Assembly: GCA_002104945.1 (NCBI GenBank)
Contig: MCFH01000032.1
Location: forward strand, 186,001 to 250,000
Reading direction: 5' to 3'
Length of the DNA: 64,000 nucleotides
Origin: Piromyces finnis finn
Lineage: Eukaryota; Fungi; Neocallimastigomycota
Shown: one piece after another, positions 1-14,000 of the stretch
How the letters are laid out: each line of letters opens with the position of its first letter
Numbering within the stretch: the first letter of the stretch is position 1
Program-made: the position numbers and the translations under genes
Notes under the pieces: model-generated
The model's database searches: none
Told to the model about the DNA's origin: nothing
The model's input: the letters and a program-made list of their open reading frames with translations, nothing else

Positions 1-266
1 AAGAAAATAAAGAATTTCAATTTCACAATGACTTTCTATTTATTTATTTATATATATATATATATATTTTTTTTTTAAAATAATTTTATTAATATATATT
101 TTTATTTTATTTTGATAATATCTAGTTAGGTGACTTTTTATTTCTTTATTTTTTTTTCTAAAAAAGCTTTCTATTCAATGTATTTATTGAATTAATATAA
201 ATACATTTTCATTTTCAAACATTCCAATTTAAATTATTAAAAGTCACTATTATTTAAAAAAAAAAA

Positions 267-2860
267 ATGATGACAAGAAATCCTTATTCCTTCGAATTTG
301 AAGAAAATAACAATACTGTTGATACCAGTTCTGTAAATTCTACAACTACAGAGAATAGAAATGTTAGAAAACATAAATCTTTAATGAATGTAAGAATCAA
401 AAATACAAATTAATTATTTCGTGAATGAATACTTTGAACGCCATTTTTTAATCATTTTAGTTATAGTATATAAAAAATTTCAAAATTAAATTTATGTTTA
501 ATGGAATTTTATACAGTAGTTTTCAAGTTTATAATAATATTAATAATTATATATTAGCATATTATATATATTATTTATTTGTATTCTTTATTTTAACAAT
601 ATATAAATAAAATAGTAATTTTATAAATTAATATTAGTTTTTTTATATATATGATATTAATAAAAAAATATTTTATTATCATAGATGAAGTCATATTTTC
701 ATTCTTCAATCCCTAGAAGATCCAATTCAATTGACAGAAGTAAGACACGTTATTCAACCTCTTTATTTAATGAAGATGAAAAAGAAAAGCTTCAAAGTTC
801 ATCATCTCATTCCACATCATTATCTAATACCTTTAATCATAAAAATACGGAAAAAAACTCTGTAACTATACCACAATTAGAAAAAGGTATAACATAAATA
901 ATATATATATAGAATTTATTCTTAAACGAAAACCTCCATTATTTTAACTTTTTTTTTTTTTTTTTATATCATTATGATTATTATTTCTAGATAAAAAAAG
1001 AGTTGTATTGAAAGAAAAGAAGGATGAATCAACATATTCTTCAGAATCTCTTAAAATTTTATTAGCAAGTTCTTCTAAAAATGTTAAATCATTAGATGAT
1101 GAAAAAGCCAACTACTTATTAAATAAGTATACAAAAAATTTGGTAAGTAGAAAATGAAAATGAAAATAAAAAATAATTATATGAAAAAAAAAAAATCATC
1201 TTGATTTATATATTATAGATCTCTTTTAATATTACTATATTATTCCAATAATAGAATAAATAATAATATTTATAATATTTTTTATTTTAACTTTTTTTTT
1301 TTTAAAAAAAAAAATTAGTTGAAAAAACCAAAAGAGACTTTAATGCCATCAACTGAATCAAAATATTTTAGTTCATCATCAATACCACAACCATCTACTA
1401 TCAATTCAGAAGAATCCATGAGAAAACCATATCATTTTACAGCAAAAAGTGCATCACACGCAATCAATAAAGAAAATATCAATAATTCTGTAAGCGCATC
1501 ATCATCACTTAATAGTCATCATTTAACCTCTCGTTTAAAATATCCAATATCTTTTAATAAGATGAGAACTCCATTATCAGAATTAAAATCAACAAGTACT
1601 AAAAATATTGAAGGTAAAAAGAAAAAAAAATTTAAATATCTATTTCTATTTACAATATATAAATATATTAAAAAGTAACATTCATATTTAGATAGGTTCA
1701 TTCATTTTAAAATGTAATTTAACAAACAACTAAAAAAAAAAAAAATTTTTTTTCTTTATTTTTAATATTTATATGTAATATTTATAATATATTCTCCTAT
1801 TAATCCTAAAAAAAAGAACAAAATAGTATAGGTAGTCAACAAAAATTAAAATTACCACAAAGTATTTTTACTAAAAAGGATATTGAAAAATCTCCTTCAA
1901 TATTAAGTCAATCGGAACCAAAAAAATCGGCAGTAGCAGTAACCCTTCCTGATTCAAACTCTTTAACGACGTCAAAAATAAAAGCCTCCATACCCAACTC
2001 ACCAAAAACACCTCAAACTGAAAAATCAACATCATCCTTAATAACAGATATTAACAGTAACTATCTTTTATCTCTTTCACCATTATCCTCTTCTGGAAAT
2101 GATATAATTCATTCCATTAAAGATTTATCCAAAGAGCAAAATACCGAAACTGAAGAGTAAATAATAAAGCCATAAATATATTCTTTACAATTACTAATAT
2201 AAGTAATACTAATTATTTATTATAATTTTATTTATTATATCTATCTATCCATCTCTCTATCTCTTAATCCTTTAATTATTATTATTTACTATTAATACAT
2301 GGAAATAATAGTAGAAATAATATTGATGATAAAACTATTTTAAATACATTTACTGTTGCTTTTGATAATATTAGTTCATTGTCCACAAAGATTGATTTAC
2401 TTACCGAAATTATAGATAAAAATGAGGTAAGAAAAAAAAACATAGATAATACTTAAAAAAAAGGTTATAAGATTTTTTCTTTTTTTAAAAAAAATACTAA
2501 CATTAATATTTAATATATATTTAATTTTTTAAATATTTTAAATGAATAAATGAATAGGAGAAACAACAACATCAATATAATACAGATATGAATCAAATTA
2601 ATTTTGAACTTTTTGAAATCAAGCAAAAAGTATCTCAATCCATGAAAAAACTTCAGCAAGAATTTGATCCTATTTTAAATACCTTGAAAGAAACTGCAAA
2701 AGTACAAGGTAAAAATGAAGAGCAAAAGATGAATGAAAAGGATAAATTATCATTAAAATCAGAAACTTTTGATAAAAATAGGGATCAAATGGAACAAGAC
2801 CTTGATAGGATAAAATCCCAATTACTTCATCTTACGAATGAAAATCAAATACTTGTAAGT

Positions 2861-2899
<39 letters not shown>

Positions 2900-3362
2900 C
2901 TCCTACCTCCTATTATTATTATTATTATTATTATTTATTATAAATAAATACACAACTATATTTTTCATTACTACCTATGAAATTATTAATCTTTTTTTTT
3001 TTAAAACAAAAAAAAAGAAAAAACGACTTGATATTATTACTAGAAAAATACCCTATTTATTTATATTCCATATGATCACATTTGGTTTTCTTTTATTATT
3101 TTTTATTCATGAAATGTAAGTCAAAAAAAAAAAAAAAAAACATTTTTTTTTTTAATTTAAAATTTAATTAAATGGAAAACTGATTTTTTTTTTTTTTAAT
3201 ATATTCAAAATTTTTAGACCCTCTGATAAGAAACATGAAATTTATCAATTTGGAATTCAAAGTAAAAAATTTATTCTACACTACTTTTTTTTAATACTTC
3301 ATTGGATCACTGGCATTTGGAATCAAATGATAGCCTATCTTAATCATCAATATTATTATTAA
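267..3362 (+). CDS. Uncharacterised 9-exon protein (~582 aa): Ser-rich low-complexity N-terminus, coiled-coil segment, C-terminal hydrophobic segments
   Basis: Hand-built GT-AG model 267-389, 685-886, 991-1142, 1319-1613, 1832-2156, 2315-2426, 2558-2854, 3018-3115, 3218-3362 keeps one open frame (1749 nt) from ATG to TAA. It includes ORF-track pieces 685, 1319 and 2588. No family recognised. Confidence 0.7.
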
Positions 3363-6300
3363 GATTTTCAATGGATATATATATATACCAGGTCATTATT
3401 TTATAAAAATCCAAATAGTAATTGTAAATAGATGATATCGTATTTATATAAATATATTATCTTTTTTAAAGAGTTAAAGAGATTTATATAATATTAATGT
3501 ATAATAGTTATACAAAGAGTTCTAATCATTTCTTATAGGATAGGATAGAGATATATATAATATATATAATATATATAATAATACATTATTTTATCATACC
3601 TCTATAATTTATTATATTTTATAATTTATAATATTCTATAATTACTTTTAATATATTAATCTTTCTTAATCTTTGTTTAAATTAATTGAACCTAGATATT
3701 CATTAATTTATTCTTTTTTTCTAAAATCAATTTTAAGTAATATACAAAATGTATAAATCTAATTTTATCAAATAATAATTTATTTATTTATTTCCATATA
3801 TACATATATTATTGTAATTTATTAAAGATTTATTGTATTTTTTTTTTTCAAAGATGTTCTATTTAATCATATAAACTTTAATAAATCTCTTTATAAAAAA
3901 AAGAGGCATTCAATTGGTATGCCAGTTTTAATTTTCTTTTTTTTTTTTTTTTAAAAAAATTTTAATTAATTTTTTTTTAATTTACAACTTTAAATTTAAT
4001 TTATTCAAGATAAATCAACTTTTTTATTAAACTTTAAAAATATTAATTAGGAAGAAAAAGAAAAAAGTTTTAAAGTCATTCTCATTTTCAATTAACAAAA
4101 AAATAAAGGATAATTCATGCAATTTATATTAAATTTTATTTTAAATAATAATATTAGTAAAAAAAAAAAAAAAAAAAAAAAGGAAACGTAATGCAAATTA
4201 ATTTATATTTTAGGATTTTTTTTTTTACCTAATTTATTGTATATCATAAATGAATAATTTTTAACCTTTATGTCTTAATAAATAGTTTTTAAAAGATCAG
4301 GTGTAGTATACGTAGTATATAATATAGATTAATAGATGATTTATATATTTTATTTAAAAAAAACAATAATGCATAGTATTAGATAGTATAAAAAAAGGTT
4401 TAAACTTTTAATGGATTAAACACCAAAGGTTCATCTTAAATTTCATAATTATAATTAATATATTTATAATAGGGTTACACAAGAAATTAACCAACCAACC
4501 AACCCACAAACTTAAAATTTTTCTTTTTTTTTTTTTTTTTTTTGCAAAGTAACAAAAAGAATGGGATTATAAAAGTTGAGAAAAAAAAGTTTGAATAAAG
4601 GTATAATTGAAGGATACTATTAGCTGTATCCTATTGAAAAAAGGGTAAAATCAATAAATGAGTTTCATTAATAGGGCAATACCTTTTTATTCCTTTATGA
4701 ATAATGATTAGTTTATATTTCTATATATAGGAATTAATCTACTTATTTAATAAGGTGTATAACTTTTTTCCGTTATAAATTTTTTAAAGTATCCACAATA
4801 ATATACATTTCGATAGTAGAAAGGATATAAGATAATGTAACTAGTTGTAACTTTTTTTTAATGTCCGTTTACATTCTCTTTTTGAAATTTTATTATTTAG
4901 TGATATTAATAAAAGTCATCTTTTAAATGAAAAAAAAAAAGAAAACTTTAAAGACATTTAAAATTTGGTCAATGTATTATCATCTATTCCTATTACATAT
5001 TCCTATTACCTTTACTATTAAAAAAAAAAGGTTTGGTAAAATCTACCACCAACAATTTTCTTTTTAAAAATTTGGAAATTAAAAGAACAAATTAATGTAT
5101 TGTACATTATGCATTTCATTTACATTAATGTATTTCATTGAAATAGAAGAAATTCGAAAACAAATTTTATTTTGAAATGTCCATTTTTTATTATTCTTTT
5201 ATAAATTTTTCCTATAAAAAAAGGACTTTAAAAAATGCACATGCCCAGAAGAATAAGCAATGTCCATTTAAAATACATTACTTTATATAAATGAATGATT
5301 GAATAATAACTAAATAAATCAGTACTCGTTTTATTATTAAAACAAAATGATATTTATTTAGTTTTTTATTTATATATTTATTTATTTATTGTATTAATTT
5401 TTATTCAAATTTTATTTTGTTATTTTTCCACTTTTTTTTTTTTTTTTAAAAAAAGCAATGTATAATAGAACAAAAAAAAAAAAAACGATCAATGTAATCA
5501 TAGTAAGTGTAATTCATCATTCAAAGTCAGTTTTGACTTTTAAAGAATATTTTCGATCATGATTCAATTCTACAGTGATTTCTTTCTTTTCATTATTATT
5601 ATTTCTTCTTGCTAGAAATCAACAATTATAAAACTATTTATTTTATAATTATTTTAACTAGGTTTTTTTTTTCTTTTAAAATGGAGACTTTTTTAAATTG
5701 TTAATGGTGAAATTCTAATTGCGATGACTTACCACCATTCATTATTCCATTGTTCATACAATGGACAATTAAAAATTGATGGTTGAATGTTTTTTTTTAT
5801 GGACAATTGTTTATTGCTTTTTTTGTTTTGTGTAGGCCTTGTGACAGTTAAAAAACTTTGATATACCAGTTTTTTTCTCCTATCATTTTACATAGGTGTG
5901 GTTTATTTTTACCAGAATAATGAAGGTCTTTGACATTCCATTTCTTTATCATTTTTTCTATTTTTCTATCCATTTCCTTTTATTATGAATTAAATTTAAT
6001 AGTATTGGGTCATATATTACCATTATAATGAAATTAATTAAAATATACAGACTAAAATACTATTTAATTTAAAAATATAAAGATACAACAAATTGACTTA
6101 GGGATTAACCATACAATGACTTTCAAATATAAATTATATTGGATTATATATTAGAATATAATGTATTTTATATATAATTAAATAGACATTAAATCTTTTT
6201 ATTCTAATGATTCTTTTTTTTATATAAAAACAAATGGATTAGTTTAATTGTAATATATTACTGTATATATTACTGTATATATTAATATTAAATTAAATAT

Positions 6301-6926
6301 TTAATTTAATTTAAACTTTAAATTCTAAATTGATTTTTTTTCAATGAATGGATTATTTATAAAATAAATATTTTGATATATTAAATAAATATATTATTAT
6401 TTATTGTAATATATGATGTATTTAAAATGATTATATTCTTTGTTTATTGATGAATAATTAATAATAATATAAATAAATAAATAAATAAATAAATAGTAAT
6501 ATAAATAAATAAATAATATAAAAAAGTATTAAAAATTAAATGAATGAATTAGATAATAAACTCTTTTTTTTTTTTTCTATTATATTCCATTATTATCTTC
6601 ATTTATTAGAAAATGAATTTCTAAAAAAAATTTTTTTTTTTTTTGGTATTTAAAGAAAATTTTCGACCTTCTTTTTTCACTTTTTTTTTTAAATAATCAC
6701 ATTTACCTTTTATATTTTTAAACTATTTAATTATAAAAAATATTATTAAAAAAAAAAGAGGAATATATATTCTTTTTTTTATTTTAAATAATTTAATCAT
6801 CTAGTGAAAAAATATACCTCATAAAATCAATAAATAATTTTATCATTTTTTTTATATATACATACCTACCTTTTTTTACCTATTTTTTTTTTATTTATTT
6901 TGAATTTATAATAATAATAAACAAAA

Positions 6927-9164
6927 ATGGCTGAATCCGAAACATTTGCCTTCCAAGCTGAAATCTCTCAATTAATGAGTTTGATTATCAACACTTTCTA
7001 CTCTAACAAGGAAATTTTCTTAAGAGAAATTATTTCTAACGCTTCTGATGCTTTAGATAAGATTAGATACCAATCTCTTACTGATGCTTCTCAACTCGAT
7101 TCTGAAAAGGAACTTTTCATTCGCATTACTCCAGACAAGGAAAACAAGATTCTTGAAATCAGAGATTCTGGTATTGGTATGACCAAGGCCGATCTTGTCA
7201 ACAGTAAGTAGTAGCATTAGATTAGAATTTTTTTTATTTTTAAAAATAATAGAAATAAAAAAAATTAGTAATATTATGTTAAAAAATAATAATGATAAGA
7301 AAGAAAATAATATTAAATGTTATTTTTATAATATTATGATTATTAAATAGATCTTGGTACTATTGCCAAGTCTGGTACTAAGGCTTTCATGGAAGCCCTT
7401 CAATCTGGTGCTGATATTTCTATGATTGGTCAATTTGGTGTCGGTTTCTACTCTGCTTACTTAGTTGCTGATAAGGTTCAAGTTATCACCAAGCACAACG
7501 ATGATGAACAATACATCTGGGAATCTGCTGCTGGTGGTAGTTTCACTATCACTCGTGATACCGTTAACGAAAAGATTGGTCGTGGTTCCGTCATCAGACT
7601 TTACATGAAGGAAGACCAACTTGAATACCTTGAAGAAAAGCGTATCAAGGAAATCGTTAAGAAGCACTCTGAATTCATTGGTTACCCAATTCAATTAGTC
7701 GTTGAAAAGGAAGTTGAAAAGGAAGTCGAAGATGAAGAAGAAGAAGCTAAGGAAGAAGATGGTCCAAAGATTGAAGAAATTGATGAAGAAAAGGAAAAGG
7801 AAGAAAAGAAGAAGAAGACCATCAAGGAAATCAAGAAGGAAACTGAAGAATTAAACAAGACCAAGCCACTCTGGACCAGAAACCCAGATGACATCACCAG
7901 TGAAGAATACGGTGCTTTCTACAAGAGCATTACTAACGATTGGGAAGACCACCTTGCTGTTAAGCACTTCTCTGTTGAAGGTCAATTAGAATTCCGTGCC
8001 TTATTATTCGTTCCACGTCGTGCTCCATTCGATATGTTCGAACAAAAGAAGAAGAGAAACAACATTAAGCTCTACGTCCGTCGTGTCTTCATTATGGATG
8101 ACTGTGAAGAATTAATTCCAGAATGGCTCAACTTTATTAAGGGTGTTGTCGATTCTGAAGATCTTCCACTTAACATTTCTCGTGAAATGTTACAACAAAA
8201 CAAGATCTTAAAGGTTATCCGTAAGAACCTTGTTAAGAAGTGCATTGAATTATTCAATGAAATTTACGAAGATGCTGAAAACAAGAAGAAGTTCTACGAA
8301 GCCTTCTCCAAGAACATTAAGTTAGGTATCCACGAAGACAGTACCAACCGTGCTAAGTTATCTGAATTCCTTATGTTCTACTCTACCAAGTCTGGTGAAG
8401 AAATGACTTCTCTTAAGGATTACGTTACTCGTATGCCAGAAAAGCAAAAGAACATTTACTACGTTACTGGTGAATCTAAGGCTGCTGTTGAAAACTCTCC
8501 ATTCCTTGAAGCTCTCAAGAAGAAGGGATTCGAAGTTTTATACCTTATTGATCCAATTGATGAATACATGGTCCAACAACTTAAGGAATACGATGGTCAC
8601 ACTCTCCAAAGTGTTACTAAGGAAGGTCTTGAATTAGAAGAAGACGAAGAAGAAAAGAAGAAGCGTGAAGAAGAAAAGGCTCAATTCGAAGAATTATGTA
8701 AGACTATCAAGGAAACTCTTGGTGACAAGGTTGAAAAGGTTGTTCTTTCTAACCGTATTGTTAACTCTCCATGTGTCTTAGTTACTGGTCAATATGGTTG
8801 GTCTGCTAATATGGAACGTATCATGAGAGCTCAAGCTCTTCGTGATTCTGCTATGTCTGCTTACATGGCCTCTAAGAAGACTATGGAAATTAACCCAGAA
8901 CACTCTATTATCAAGTCTCTTAAGGCTAAGGACAAGAACGACAAGACCTTAAAGGACTTAGTCTTCTTATTATACGAAACCGCTTTATTATCTTCTGGTT
9001 TCACTCTTGAAGATCCATCCAACTTTGCCTCTCGTATCCACCGTATGGTTAAGTTAGGTTTAAGTATTGATGAAGATGAAGAAGCTGAAATGGAAACTGA
9101 TGCCCAAGACGATATGCCAGAATTAGAAGAAGTCGGTGAATCCAAGATGGAAGAAGTCGATTAA
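6927..9164 (+). CDS. HSP90: Cytosolic heat shock protein 90, two exons (6927-7203, 7351-9164; 696 aa)
   Basis: Motifs [32 protein letters not shown] and C-terminal MEEVD. The GTAAGT..TAG intron 7204-7350 rejoins [14 protein letters not shown]. Confidence 0.98.
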
Positions 9165-9841
9165 GCGAATTAATATAGAAAATTTTGGAAACAAAATAGA
9201 CTTTTTTTTTTATTTTATAACCAAAATAATTATATAAAATATAATAATTATGAACCTTTTTCAACTAAACACGAAAATTAAACATAACATCATTAATCAT
9301 GCAAATTCGGAAATAAACCAAAAAGGACTTTAATTTTGGAATAAATTTTTGAAATTAAAAAAAGTTCTTTATTCCTTTTTTAAAAAATTCAAAATAAATA
9401 TTATATACAAAAATAATTATTGAAGTTATAACAACTATCCATATATTTAATATTTATAAAAGTGCAAATATATTTAAAAAATAAAAAAAAAAAAAACACA
9501 ACACACACATATAATAAACAAATTATCATTAATTTATTGTATATATTTAAAAATAAAAATTAATAAAAAAATTTAAAAAAAAATTTTTTTTTTTTTTTTT
9601 GGTGTTTAAACATTTTATTGGTGTATTGAATGTTTTTTGAAAGAAAAGAAATTGGGTTTGGATAAAAAAGTAAAAATAAATATTACTGGTTTTGGGCTAT
9701 TTGAGATGATACTAATAATTGGTTGTATTTTTTTAATGTGAATTTTATTTATAAAGGAAGTCGATGTTGCTTTTTTTTTTGGTAATAGTGGTATCTTAAC
9801 AGACAATATTATATATTCTCACAACATAAAAATTGTAAAGA

Positions 9842-9913
9842 AGCAGCGTAGCGCAGTGGAAGCGTGGTGGGCTCATAACCCACAGGTCGTATGATCGAAA
9901 CATACCGCTGCTA
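9842..9913 (+). tRNA. tRNA-iMet: Initiator tRNA-Met (CAT), copy 1
   Basis: AGCAGCG/CGCTGCT acceptor stem with A1:U72, GTGGG-CTCATAA-CCCAC anticodon arm with three G-C pairs, T loop ATCGAAA (A54/A60), T-runs downstream. Confidence 0.97.
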
Positions 9914-9998
9914 ATAAATTTTATTTATTTTTTTATTTTAACAAAAACCTTGCTCGCCGCGCGTAACGGCAAAAGATCCCTCCTGGGAGTGTAGTTGA

Positions 9999-10438
9999 CC
10001 CTCTTGGGAACGTGCCTTCATTTATTTAATAATGGAGTTTATCAAGGGGGTCTACTCATGCTCATACCCTCTTGGGAACGTGCCTTCATTTATTTAATAA
10101 ATGTAGTTTCTCAAGGGGGTCTACTCATGCTCATGGTACTGAGAGAGTAGAAAGAATTAAATCCAAGTATTGCGCAATGGATGCTTGGTGCCCTCTTAGG
10201 AATGTGCCTTCATTTATTTAATAAATGTAATTTCTCAAGGGGGTCTACTCATGCTCATGGTACTGAGAGAGTAGAAAGAATTAAATCCAAGTATTGCGCA
10301 ATGGATGCTTGGTGCCCTCTTAGGAATGTGCCTTCATTTATTTAATAAATGTAATTTCTCAAGGGGGTCTACTCATGCTCATGGTACTGAGAGAGTAGAA
10401 AGAATTAAATCCAAGCATTGCGCAATGGATGCTTGGTT
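9999..10438 (+). repeat. LINE 5' UTR tandem repeats (one 68-bp partial unit plus three 124-bp units)
   Basis: Units begin CCCTCTT(G/A)GG at 9999, 10067, 10191, 10315. The same units recur at 15844-16123 in copy 2. Confidence 0.92.
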
Positions 10439-11080
10439 AGTCTTCAAGGGAAAATTATTAGGACTAAGCTCATGGTACTGAGCGATTAAAAAACATTTTA
10501 TTCATCAAATTTAAGTATTTGATGAATAAGTGAATGTTTGATTTTTCAGGTAAGTTTGTATAGTATTTAATTAGAAGAGTAATACATTTTGTTGCTGTAT
10601 TTTTTCTTTTATTCATGTATTCATGTAGTACTACTCTTCTCTTGTAAGAATCCAATGTAGTCAACTTTAGCATTTGCATTGTATTTTTATATTCATGTAG
10701 CTATTGTTGTATTGTTTCTTGTAAGAGAATGATTCACTCTACATCATGTAAAAATACTATTCACAAGCTTTCTGGTGTCGACATTCTTGATTCAAATTTT
10801 TTACCAATTTAAATATTTAATGAAAAGTAAAGTCAAACAAGTTTAGTGTCAAAAAGCGAATCGAATTTACTAACAACAAACCAAAACTAGAATTTTTAAA
10901 GAAAATTTACAACTAGAATTCAAAAAAAAGAAACTTTAAACAAAGCATCGTAACAATTTTTGTACTATCCAGTACTTTTAAGAAGAGAGAGAGAGACAGA
11001 TTTTTTTCCATATACGTTATATTTATAATTTTATTAGTATTTATTTTATATTCAATATTTTTTAATTAGAATTTATTATC

Positions 11081-14000
11081 ATGTCAGTCCTTTATATTAA
11101 AGATAAGAATTATATCAGACGTGGTACCCGGTCTTATGGTATCCCCTTAGATGATATTCGCTCCTTCTTTATCCGTGGTATTCGATCATGGTCAGTAAAT
11201 ATGCTATGGGAAAAACTCGAGGTTATTCTAGAAGATAAATTTAATTCAGTTATTAGTGTTAAATATTTTCAAACTTTCAATGATCACTTTTTCTTAGTCA
11301 AGGTTCATGGTTCATCAAAAGATTGTATTAAAATCTTACACATGTTAAAGAAGAAACTTTCAGTTACCTCAATTTCCTTTTCAGCTCGTAGTAGAAGGAA
11401 TCACAAATACACTTTTTCCACACTCAAACGTAAAATTTTAGTTTCTAATAAACATCAACATTCTATTCAACAATCATTTCAACAATCAGTTCAACAATCA
11501 GTTCAACAATCTCACCAACAATCCGATCTTCAACAAGATCTTCAACAAGATCTTCAACAAGTTTCCAATCATGAAAATATTCCAGATCTACAGCAAACAC
11601 AATTTCAATCTCAACATTCAACAATTAATTCTAATAGTTCTATCAACTCTGATAACAGTTCAATAGTTGATAGTTCTTCAGTTTCACAGCCATCTAGTAA
11701 TAGTTCTACTTATTCCTCTGATGCATCATCCATTAATAACGATGACTTTAATAATAATAATAATAGCAACGATTCTTCCTCATCCAACAAGCCTGATAAC
11801 TTTTCTTTTTGTCTTAGTTGGAACACCAATGGGTGGAATCACGAAAAGAGAGATAGTATTAGCTATTTCACAGCTATTTTCAAACCATTATTCTTATGTT
11901 TCCAAGAAACTGGTAATGGTTCTGGTTCAAATACAGATTATCCTTGTCGTGTTACTTTGCGAAACTATAGACACTTTTTCAAGAAAGCTGACGAATCAGT
12001 TCCTGGAATGAGAGGTTTATATTTAGGTTTTCACAATTCGTGTCAAGCCTCACTTGAAAACTTCTCTGGAAAGTATATTATTTCTATTTATACTTTTAGT
12101 CTCTGGAATAGATTCAAATGCTCGATTGGAAATGTTTATGTGCCTCATAGTCATCACAACATCTATGTTGATCATGCAAAGTTAGAAGTTCGCTTGTGGT
12201 TACAAACTCATTCATCCCATCCATCGATTCTTGTTGGTGATTTTAATATGTCTAAAGTAAAATTATCCAACTGGTTATCAACTAATGGATTAGGAGATTG
12301 GGAAATTCTTCCGCTTAGAGGGTCTACTATCTCTTGGACTCGAGGTGATCAATCTTCCGACATTGACCATGCTCTTATCAATTCGAAGATGAAAGATCTT
12401 ATTCACTCAGGATCATTTATAAATAATTTTTATCCTGTATCAGACCATAAGCCACTTCTTATTAATGGTAAAATTATTCCTATGGAAGATTTTTCTAATG
12501 ACTTTAATGTTCCTAAGAAAATTCTGAAATGGAATAGATTAAAATGTATTGAGGAAAAGGAATCTATTCTTAGTCATAATAAATTCCAAATTCTTTCAGC
12601 AAAATTCAACGATCCTAATGTTTCTACAGATGAACTTTCCAAAGAATTTACTTCAACTGCTTTTTCAATTGCAGACGAGCTCAGTATTACCTCAGCAAAT
12701 AATGTTATAAAGTCTTCATTTCATATTTCACAACAAATTTTTAATCTCCAAAAAATCAAAATGAAGTTGTATAAGAGATTTAAAAATGAAAGAATTTATG
12801 ATATAGATGAATTTATTAAAAGAATTAAAATCTACCGTAAGCTCATTGATTACATCCACAAAAGATGTAATGAATTTAGGAAACAAGAATATCTTCATTG
12901 GATTAAAACAGGATGTGAGTATATGAAGAGTCATAATCCTAAGAAGGCCTGGAAATGGATCAAGAAAACTGCAAAAATTGGAAAAGATTCTTTCTTTATT
13001 GCTCAACCAATTAAAAACAAAAATGGAGAATTAGTTGTTGCTACGGAAGAACAACTAGATGTGTGGCATGATCATTTCGAAAAGCTTGCATCAGATCCAA
13101 GTGGTGTAAGTCTTGATTTGGAGCATTGGTATGAAGAACCAACGAATAAACGTTTTTCACTTCCTATGCTTGATGAGTGGGATATCAACCAAGATATTAG
13201 TATTGATGAAGTCAAGTCAGCTATCCTCTCTACTCCGAATTATAAAGCATCAGGTCCGGATGGTATTCCAATTGAATTTTACAAAGCATTAATTCCATCA
13301 AGTAATGATTCTAATAATGCTACAGATAATAATTCTTCCGGTAATACCACTTCAGATAATGACGCTCATGGTTTAAATTTTATTCTTAAATTATTTAACC
13401 GTATTTGGGATGGAGACTTCCCCAACTCATGGAATGAATCCAGTATTGTTTCTATTCCTAAGAAGGGAGATTTGACAGATTGTGATAACTATCGAGGTAT
13501 ATCACTTATCAATAATGGCATTAAGTTGATTTCCAAAATTGTCACCACTAGAATCTCAGAATATGGTTTAAAGAATAATTTCATTAGACCTGAACAATTT
13601 GGTTTTCGAAAAAAGGAAGAAAGTATTAGTCTTTTCATTTCAATCCAAGAAATATGCCGTAGACGTCAATTAGATAATAAAGAGACATATTTGGCCTTTT
13701 TAGATCTCAGGAAAGCATACGATTCAGTCCCAATTGGTAATATTCTCCATAAATTAGATTGTTTAGGAATCCGAGGTAAGAGTTTACAATTCATCAAAAA
13801 TTTATATTTAACATCTAAGGCTAATGTCAAATTAAATGGACAATTCTCGAAATCTTTTGATGTGAAGAAAGGAGTCCGTCAAGGTTGCCCTCTTTCTCCT
13901 ATTCTCTTTAATCTCTTTATTAATGATATATTTAGAGAGTGCGAAGATCTAGGAGTCAGTTTAGGTGACACTCGATGCTGTGGTGGACTTTTTGCAGATG

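Noticed and set aside
3400-6900. Heat-shock elements or hidden exons upstream of HSP90
   Set aside because: No clean triple nGAAn array found by eye and no spliceable open frame; AT-richness makes weak matches meaningless.
9999-10438. CRISPR-like array
   Set aside because: Tandem 124-bp units without unique spacers, inside a eukaryotic LINE UTR.
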